The notes under the pieces were generated by a model. That model had not been told where the DNA came from and made no database searches. It saw nothing but the letters and a program-made list of their open reading frames with translations. Of a stretch of DNA of 64,000 bases, positions 57,242 through 64,000 are shown one piece after another. Position numbers and translations under genes: made by a program. Source of the stretch: Candidatus Ozemobacteraceae bacterium (GTDB taxonomy: Bacteria > Muiribacteriota > Ozemobacteria > Ozemobacterales > Ozemobacteraceae); assembly GCA_965140445.1 (NCBI GenBank), contig OZ223236.1:3104001-3168000 (forward strand), written 5' to 3'. The first letter of the stretch is position 1. Every line of letters starts with the position of its first letter.

Positions 57242-57751
57242 TTATTTTTTCAGAGCAAAGAATTCTGATTGGGCGGCGCGGTATTCTTTCAGCACTGTAT
57301 TAAGTTCCGAGCCCTGTACATTCTTTTGCATGGCTTCTGTGTAAGCTTTATAAGCTTTTTTATATCGTGCTTCAGCTTCAGCTAAGGTTACTTCGGGAGC
57401 TGCCCGTGAAGGTTCTATATTTGAAACCTCTTTGGTCTGTTGCACAAAATGCACTGATGGTTTGTTTAAAGCTGCCCGGAAGGTGTCTTCTGGATGCACT
57501 CCACCAAACATTCCGATACCTGCTGCCATTACTATTCCCACTGCTGGACCGACAATTATTCCGGCAACTCCAAGGGTAGCTAAGCCGACAGCCGCACCCA
57601 CTGCTGCGGCACCCCACACGAGCCACTTTGACGGTTTCCTGGGGCCATCCTGCTCAGCAAAACTACTGGCCGGAAATACACATCCGCCCACTAAGATCGT
57701 TATGATCAAAAAGCAAGAAAGTAAGTCGCGAAACAAAATGCCTTGTCGCAT
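57242..57751 (-). CDS. Exported/membrane protein with Gly/Ala-rich hydrophobic segment
   Basis: Signal peptide; GAAAVGAAVGLATLGVAGIIVGPAVG; AGGAG RBS. Confidence 0.65.
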   Translation of the reverse strand: MRQGILFRDLLSCFLIITILVGGCVFPASSFAEQDGPRKPSKWLVWGAAAVGAAVGLATLGVAGIIVGPAVGIVMAAGIGMFGGVHPEDTFRAALNKPSVHFVQQTKEVSNIEPSRAAPEVTLAEAEARYKKAYKAYTEAMQKNVQGSELNTVLKEYRAAQSEFFALKK

Positions 57752-57904
57752 AGATTACTCCTAATTTTCTTTTCATTATAAAAATTTTTGATTAGACCCG
57801 CAAGGGCATAGTAATTTCCCAAAAAAATTTAACCCAATAAGATTAAAACAAAAAAAAACTCTCTCAAATACCTTTACAGATAATGAAAGAGTTTTTTTGT
57901 TTTT

Positions 57905-59236
57905 TTACTGAATTGCTTTTTCGAAAAGGCAAACTACTTCAACATGATGAGTTCTTGGATATAAATCCAACCCGGCAACCTGAGTAAGCTTGTAACCAGA
58001 GCCAACAATTTTTCTACTATCTTTTGCCATTGAATCAAGGTCACAAAAAACGTAAACTATTTTGCCGGGCATGAGTTTTTTTACAACCCTCTCTATGCTT
58101 GGAACGCCAGTTCTGGGAGGGTCTATCAGCAACACGTCCGGTTCTGGTTCATAGCGCAATAGAGCTTTTATTGCATCATCCTGAATAAACTCTATTCTAC
58201 TGGCAAATCTGGTGTTGCTTATATTTTTCATGGCTGTTCTGACCGCGCCAGGGTGTGATTCAACGGCTTGAACCATAGCACCATGAGAAGCTAAAGGTAT
58301 TGTGAAGTTGCCGGCTCCTGCAAAGCCTTCCACAATCCTTGGAGTTGTTTTATTAACTTTGCAAAAATCAAGAACTGTTCTAATCAGATTTTCATTTTGG
58401 AAAATATTACCTTGAACAAAGAAGGAAGGTTCTGCCTGATATGGGCCCTCTTCGTCTCCTGTGGCAATTAATCCAGTCACAGAAACAGAGCCCATAACTT
58501 CTTTCATTTTTCCAGTGCTGTCTGCTATGGAAAGCCCTTTTAAATTGGCCGTTCTCATTACTTTTTCCAGATCAACACGAAACTGTCTGAAAGGTTTCCC
58601 CTTCATCATGGTTACGTGACCAGTAACTCTGTCTGATCGATCTGAAGATGAGGCCATTAGCTGAAGGCTGTCGATGCAAATTGGTATTTGGTCCAGAATT
58701 TTTCTTGCAGCTACAAGTCTTTTGTTTAAAGGCTTGGTAATCAACGCACAAGAGGTAACCGGTACAATCCCACCAGAAAGGCTGTCACTAAAGGCTTCTG
58801 AGCCTAAGAAACCGGATTGACGATCTTTATAATTTCGACTCTGGTGCAGTCTTAAGCGTGGGAGATATCTTATAATCTCTCTTGAAGGATGAAAAGGTTT
58901 TACAAAAGCCTTTTTTCCATCTGGAATTCTGTCAAGACAACGATTTATCATCGCCTGCTTTTCTTTTCTTCTTGCCTTTTCACTTAATTCCAAAAGATCG
59001 CATCCACCACATGGCCCATGAAAAAAGCAATCGGGTTTAACCCGGTCTGGTGATGGATCAATCAATTCACCAGCTTTTGCTCGGCCTTCTTCATTCACGA
59101 AGAATTCTATTTTATCTCCCGGAAGAAATCCAGGAAAAACATAGTGATTCCCGTTGTGGGTAAGAAAAGCCTGCCCCTTAGGGGTCAGGCCTTCAATATG
59201 TTGAATGAATCTTTCTTCTTTTGCTGATTTGGTCAC
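57905..59236 (-). CDS. rlmD: RlmD/TrmA-family RNA (uracil-5)-methyltransferase
   Basis: C-x5-CGGC Fe-S motif, SFFVQ, FAGAGNF, IDPPRTG, YVFC, DLYPRTHHVE. Confidence 0.85.
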   Translation of the reverse strand: MTKSAKEERFIQHIEGLTPKGQAFLTHNGNHYVFPGFLPGDKIEFFVNEEGRAKAGELIDPSPDRVKPDCFFHGPCGGCDLLELSEKARRKEKQAMINRCLDRIPDGKKAFVKPFHPSREIIRYLPRLRLHQSRNYKDRQSGFLGSEAFSDSLSGGIVPVTSCALITKPLNKRLVAARKILDQIPICIDSLQLMASSSDRSDRVTGHVTMMKGKPFRQFRVDLEKVMRTANLKGLSIADSTGKMKEVMGSVSVTGLIATGDEEGPYQAEPSFFVQGNIFQNENLIRTVLDFCKVNKTTPRIVEGFAGAGNFTIPLASHGAMVQAVESHPGAVRTAMKNISNTRFASRIEFIQDDAIKALLRYEPEPDVLLIDPPRTGVPSIERVVKKLMPGKIVYVFCDLDSMAKDSRKIVGSGYKLTQVAGLDLYPRTHHVEVVCLFEKAIQ

Positions 59237-60444
59237 TTTTTTTCAACCTTAGGGCACTGTAGTCTTTCATATTCTGGAAGATTGCTTCCAAGAAGTGGTC
59301 TGGCATAATGACTAAATGCTCTTGTTACGCCGTTTCCATCAGCATTGATGAAATCATCTGGCATATGCTTTGTTTCGCGAGCAACAGATTCAAGAGGAGT
59401 CAGGAAATATTCAACAGAGTAGTCACCTGTTCTTCTAATGGCAACAGAGCCGTCAACATTGTTCCATATAGCAAACTGTGCTGCTTTTTCTCCAACTTCT
59501 CTGGCTTCTTGTTGATCGATATCTGAAACTACGCCAAGAAAGCTTCTTTGAAGGTATCCAAAGGTGTCGGATCTGACACGTTTAATTTTAAGATTATCTT
59601 TGATTGTTTGACCAAGAAGATCTCCAAGCGCACCTGTTCCGGAAAGTTGAACATTTCCGTGGGCATCTCTTTCCATATCTCCGGTCAATTGGGTAATAAT
59701 TGGTTGTCCGTCTGCACCCACAATGCCTTCAGAAACGGCGATAACACATCTACCATGTTTTGAATACATTTTATCAACATCTGATAGGAACTTTTCCTTG
59801 TCGAAGGTTCTTTCTGGCATGTAAATAAGGTGTGGGCCGTCATCTTCATATTTTTTTGCAAAAGTTGAAGCGGCAGTTAAAAAGCCGGCATGTCTTCCCA
59901 TTACGATTCCTATGTAAACACCAGGAATTGCACGGTTATCAAGATTCACTCCTGCGAATGCAGAGGCAACAAATTTTGCTGCTGAACCATATCCAGGACA
60001 ATGGTCAGTTACTCTAAGATCATTATCAATTGTTTTTGGAATATGTATACATCTTAGTTCATAACCAGCATCGCGAGCATTATCATTTACAATTCTAACA
60101 GCATCCGCTGAATCGTTTCCGCCATTGTAGAAGAAATAGCGAACATTATGTTTCATGCAGACTTTAAAGATTTTGCTGCAATATTCAGCATCTGGTTTAT
60201 CTCTGGTAGAAAGAAGTGCCGAACTTGGGGTACTGGCAACTCTTTCAAGATTATGTGTAGTAGCCTGAGTGAGGTCGATGAAGTCTTCTTCAATAATTCC
60301 TCTAACACCGTGCAAAGCGCCGTAAACGCGGTTAACTTCAGGAAATTTCCTTGATTCTAAAACTGCTCCAACCAGACTTTGGTTGATAACTGCAGTTGGA
60401 CCGCCACCTTGCGCTATTAGAACATTCCCATCAAGCTTTGTCAT
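59233..60444 (-). CDS. pfp: 6-phosphofructokinase, PPi-dependent signature
   Basis: AQGGGP, GGNDS (Asp at the PPi specificity position), PKTIDND, MGRHAG, GYLQR. Confidence 0.85.
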   Translation of the reverse strand: MTKLDGNVLIAQGGGPTAVINQSLVGAVLESRKFPEVNRVYGALHGVRGIIEEDFIDLTQATTHNLERVASTPSSALLSTRDKPDAEYCSKIFKVCMKHNVRYFFYNGGNDSADAVRIVNDNARDAGYELRCIHIPKTIDNDLRVTDHCPGYGSAAKFVASAFAGVNLDNRAIPGVYIGIVMGRHAGFLTAASTFAKKYEDDGPHLIYMPERTFDKEKFLSDVDKMYSKHGRCVIAVSEGIVGADGQPIITQLTGDMERDAHGNVQLSGTGALGDLLGQTIKDNLKIKRVRSDTFGYLQRSFLGVVSDIDQQEAREVGEKAAQFAIWNNVDGSVAIRRTGDYSVEYFLTPLESVARETKHMPDDFINADGNGVTRAFSHYARPLLGSNLPEYERLQCPKVEKK

Positions 60445-60541
60445 GTAGTAAAGTCTCCTCTTGGTAGGTTAAATATTAACCCCGCTATTATGCCTTTTAA
60501 GCGATTTCTGGTCAAGTATAAACTTTAAATTTCGAATGCCA

Positions 60542-60570
60542 TTGACAAACCTTTGGTTGAGCCATAAAAT
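60542..60570 (+). promoter_or_regulatory. sigma70 promoter
   Basis: TTGACA-17 bp-TAAAAT, 8 nt before ATG 60579. Confidence 0.7.
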
Positions 60571-60578
60571 GCCCTGAC

Positions 60579-63197
60579 ATGGCAAAAACAAGAAAAAAAA
60601 GTACCGGATTATGCACCGTAATTCCGATGTTAGATGAAGATTGCGCACACCTTTCAAATGAAATTGAAATTGCTGGCGGTGCTGAAGTTCTCTCTGCGGT
60701 AAGCATTACAGAGCAAGGCGTTTGGCTTGATTTACGAATCCTGGCAAGGGGCACCGAAGATTCGGCTCCTGCAATTATTCGCGGACTAAGACCGGGCGAT
60801 GTTTTACTTCATAATCATCCATCCGGAATTTTAAAACCCTCTGATGCTGATATGGCAGTTGCTTCACTCTGCGGTAAATCAGGAATTGGATTTGCCATAC
60901 ACAATAATAGTTGTGATCAATTTTATGTTGTAGTTGAGCCACACTTTGAAAAAGCAGCAGAGCCCCTGGATTCTGAAGAGCTTATTGGCTATATAGATAA
61001 ATCAGGCCCGCTGGTAAGATTGATAAACAACTTTGAAGAGCGACCAGGGCAAAAACGCTTAATGAAAGAGGTTATCAATGCTTTAAATGACCCTTGCCAC
61101 GCAATTTTAGAAGGTGAAACCGGCATCGGGAAAAGTATGGCGTATCTCATACCTTCAGTATTTTATGCCAAAAAGAATAAATGCAGGGTTGCGGTATCCA
61201 CAAATACTATTAACCTCCAGCATCAATTATTTAACAAAGATCTCCCACTTTTAAAAGAGATTTTGCCGTTCGATTTTAAGTTTTGCCTTATAAAGGGACG
61301 CAGAAACTACATTTGTTTAAGAAAAATGTGGGAAGCAAGTGCTTCAAATGACGGCGACCTTTTGTTGGAGCTTGAAGAATTAGAGCAGTTTCAAAGACTG
61401 GAATCATGGATTCAGAATACCTACGACGGCTCTCTAACTGATCTAAACTGGGTTCCTAGAGATTCTTTATGGGAAAAGGTTTGCTGTGATAAGGACAGTT
61501 GCCTCGGTGTAAACTGTCAGGAATATAAAGACTGTTTCTTTTATATGGCGCGTAGAAGAGCAGCGGAAGCAGATATTCTGGTAGTTAATCATTCCCTTCT
61601 TTTTTCAGATTTGGCTTTACGCGCTGTTACTTCCGAATATTCTCAAACAGCTGTTATCCCTGCATATAAAGCCGTTGTATTAGATGAAGCTCACAACCTG
61701 GAAGAGATTGCAACCAGACATTTTGGCTATAGAAGCACCTCAATGGGCTTCCAAAGGCTGCTGGGAAAAATTTATCAAAAAAGAGGACGTAGGGAACGGG
61801 GCACTCTTTATAACCTTCGAACCACCTTATCATTGGGGAAGGGCGACTTTTCAGATAATGAAAGGGCGGAACTTCTTGATAGTATCTCCAATGAAATAAT
61901 TCCAATTAGGCTTGAGGTTGCTGATCTGGGCCGAAATCTTTTTGAGGGAATTGCCGAGTTTTCAGTAAATGTTGATAAGGCCGCTCTAGGTGAACACCGG
62001 CTTAGAATAAGAGAAGCGCAAGAGTCACGTTCTGAATTTGCCACACTTGGTCACTGGGCGGAACAACTTAAATCGGAATGCCAGTCCCTTACAAAAAAAA
62101 TGAAAAGGTTGGCAACAATATTAAACCAAAACCTGGCTGGTGATGATGATCGTGAAAGCTTTGAGTTGTCATTGGTTGAATTGAATTCTTTTGCAGAAAG
62201 AATTGAGGAAATGGGGCATGGCCTGACTTTAATGTTTGACCTTGAAGCAGATAACCGCGAGCTATTCGTTCATTTCTTTTCAGTTGCTGTAAGGCGTTCA
62301 GCAGTTTATCCATCTTTTCATTCTTTGCCCATAGTGGTTTCCAGACCTATGGTGGAAAACCTTTTTAAAAAATTTGGTTCTGTGATTTTGGTGTCTGGAA
62401 CTCTTACTACGAGAAGAAATTTTAACTTTATTAAAAACAGACTTGGCCTGGATTCTCCTGATATCTTGCCTGAGCCAATTACAGGTCGTTATCCGTCACC
62501 CTTTGAATATAAAAATCAAGCGCGATTGTTTATTCCAACAGATTTCCCTGAACCAACTGATAGTAGATACATAGAGCATGTAACCCAACCGTTAATGGAT
62601 ATTGTCCGCACCTCTAAGGGAGGGACTCTGGTTCTTTGCACCTCTTATTCTCATTTAAATCAGCTTTACAATGGGGTTTCACATTTGATGGCCGCCGAAG
62701 GACTGGAATGCTATAAACAAGGAGAAATGGAGCGGCATTACCTGCTTGAGCTTTTTAAAGAGGATGGAAATGCTGTACTGTTTGCAACTGATAGCTTTTG
62801 GGAAGGGGTAGACATACCTGGTAATTCCCTTCGAAATCTGGTAATTACTCGTTTGCCTTTTGCCATTCCTGATGATCCTGTTTTAGAAGCACGGCAGGAA
62901 AAAATAAAGGAAAAAGGTGGAAATCCTTTTCGGGATTATCAACTGCCTATGGCTGCTATTAAACTAAAGCAAGGTTTTGGAAGATTAATAAGGAACCAAA
63001 GTGACCGCGGAACAGTTTGGATTTTAGATAGGCGTATTGTTACCAAAAGTTATGGCTCATTTTTTATTGAATCATTGCCCGATGTCCCAGTTTTAAGAGG
63101 AAAATTCAGAGTTCTTGTTAAGCAATCGCAAATGTTTTTTGATAATTTTTACAGGCCTGAAGAAATTGGTATTGTTCAAGATTTTTTAAATGTTTAA
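60579..63197 (+). CDS. dinG: DinG/YoaA-family helicase with N-terminal JAB/MPN (RadC-like) domain
   Basis: HNHPSG..PSDAD; ERPGQ, GETGIGKS, KGRRNYIC, LDEAH, SGTL, FWEGVD, QGFGRLIR. Confidence 0.88.
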   Translation: MAKTRKKSTGLCTVIPMLDEDCAHLSNEIEIAGGAEVLSAVSITEQGVWLDLRILARGTEDSAPAIIRGLRPGDVLLHNHPSGILKPSDADMAVASLCGKSGIGFAIHNNSCDQFYVVVEPHFEKAAEPLDSEELIGYIDKSGPLVRLINNFEERPGQKRLMKEVINALNDPCHAILEGETGIGKSMAYLIPSVFYAKKNKCRVAVSTNTINLQHQLFNKDLPLLKEILPFDFKFCLIKGRRNYICLRKMWEASASNDGDLLLELEELEQFQRLESWIQNTYDGSLTDLNWVPRDSLWEKVCCDKDSCLGVNCQEYKDCFFYMARRRAAEADILVVNHSLLFSDLALRAVTSEYSQTAVIPAYKAVVLDEAHNLEEIATRHFGYRSTSMGFQRLLGKIYQKRGRRERGTLYNLRTTLSLGKGDFSDNERAELLDSISNEIIPIRLEVADLGRNLFEGIAEFSVNVDKAALGEHRLRIREAQESRSEFATLGHWAEQLKSECQSLTKKMKRLATILNQNLAGDDDRESFELSLVELNSFAERIEEMGHGLTLMFDLEADNRELFVHFFSVAVRRSAVYPSFHSLPIVVSRPMVENLFKKFGSVILVSGTLTTRRNFNFIKNRLGLDSPDILPEPITGRYPSPFEYKNQARLFIPTDFPEPTDSRYIEHVTQPLMDIVRTSKGGTLVLCTSYSHLNQLYNGVSHLMAAEGLECYKQGEMERHYLLELFKEDGNAVLFATDSFWEGVDIPGNSLRNLVITRLPFAIPDDPVLEARQEKIKEKGGNPFRDYQLPMAAIKLKQGFGRLIRNQSDRGTVWILDRRIVTKSYGSFFIESLPDVPVLRGKFRVLVKQSQMFFDNFYRPEEIGIVQDFLNV

Positions 63198-63250
63198 ACT
63201 TCAAAAGAAATATGCAAAAATAAAATAGTACTTATATTTTGGAGGAAAAA

Positions 63251-63511
63251 ATGGAAAGAACAATTTTAACCATTCTTGTCGGGGATCGAAAAGAAACAGC
63301 TACAAATGTTCAAAAGATTTTAACAGCCTGGGGATGCTTGATTAAAACTCGTTTAGGCTTACATGATGGAACTTTGGATAATTGTGCTAACTCAGGCTTA
63401 ATTATTCTTGAATTAGTTGGCGATGATGAAAAGAAAAACGAATTAGCCAGGAAAGTTTCAGTATTGCCAGGAGTATCATCAAAACTGATTAATTTAAAAA
63501 TTGAAGACTAA
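63251..63511 (+). CDS. TM1266-like iron-only hydrogenase system regulator (ACT-like)
   Basis: ILVGDR...VQKILT..GCLIKTRLGLH, GLIILEL, LPGV; GGAGG RBS. Confidence 0.8.
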   Translation: MERTILTILVGDRKETATNVQKILTAWGCLIKTRLGLHDGTLDNCANSGLIILELVGDDEKKNELARKVSVLPGVSSKLINLKIED

Positions 63512-63533
63512 GTTCAACGAAATATTAATATAG

Positions 63534-63575
63534 AAAAGAATCTCTCCCAAAATAAATTTTGAGAGAGATTCTTTT
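63534..63575 (+). terminator. Intrinsic terminator
   Basis: AAAAGAATCTCTC...GAGAGATTCTTTT. Confidence 0.75.
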
Positions 63576-63670
63576 ACTAAGAACGAGTTTATAGATAAAC
63601 TTTTTAATTGGAAAGAAAGCCCCCTTATTAAGCTTAAAAAAGGGGGTAATGAGAAAAAAGGTAGAGAAAA

Positions 63671-64000
63671 ATGCGATTTATCAGATTAATAATTCCTATC
63701 GTTGCCCTGATAATTTTTGGAATCTCAACTTTAAAAACAAGATATCAGGAAAACAATGTTCTAAAAGAGGTTCTTTCTGGCAAAGTTGCCGCTAAATACC
63801 AGAAATCTTTATTTGTGGGAAGTTGGCATTCGGATCAAGCCGGAGAAATCATAGAAATTAAGAATGATGGGACCTGGAAACTCGGTAATATAACAGGAAA
63901 ATGGGTTATTTACGGAGCAGATTTTGTCTGGATCTATAATGATAGTTCTAACAATATGACCGGAAAATTAGATAAGAATCCAATTCTCTCAGTTGGAGAT
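63671..64000 (+). CDS. Membrane-anchored hypothetical protein (3' partial)
   Basis: MRFIRLIIPIVALIIFGIST...FVGSWHSD..IEIKNDGTW..GKW; open to window end. Confidence 0.6.
   Translation, partial: MRFIRLIIPIVALIIFGISTLKTRYQENNVLKEVLSGKVAAKYQKSLFVGSWHSDQAGEIIEIKNDGTWKLGNITGKWVIYGADFVWIYNDSSNNMTGKLDKNPILSVGD

Noticed and set aside
428..62313. Remaining short 60-150 aa track ORFs nested in or antisense to long genes
   Set aside because: No motifs or RBS; typical shadow ORFs
1..64000. CRISPR array, cas genes, rRNA, prophage structural genes, integrase or intact transposase
   Set aside because: No regularly spaced repeats or recognisable motifs seen by eye

Overview
AT-rich bacterial chromosome segment, probably from an anaerobic diderm (inferred from rubredoxin, a PPi-type PFK, a TM1266-like hydrogenase regulator, a lipid A modification trio and an OmpA fragment). 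Flanks at about 1-14.3 kb and 44.5-64 kb look like core or lineage-specific genes: FAH hydrolase, SH3/TPR proteins, EamA and MATE transporters, endonuclease I, GH13, GT2/LAB_N/ArnT, an NlpC/P60 protein, moaA, ROK kinase, RlmD-like methyltransferase, PFK and JAB-DinG. A tRNA-Asn(GTT) at 14348-14419 is followed by an accessory region with no integrase. It holds an IS3-family relic, two MNT antitoxins whose HEPN partners are truncated, an intact PIN nuclease plus 803-aa helical protein pair (best candidate for an undescribed defence system), a HigBA module followed by an attC-like site, and gene fragments. A CheB/CheR-fusion two-component cluster follows. Also notable are an AbiEi-CTD/TPR/winged-helix fusion and several intact but catalytically degenerate enzymes (subtilase, GGDEF fused to an RsbW-like kinase, phosphohexomutase-like). 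All calls come from manual motif reading; no database searches were run.
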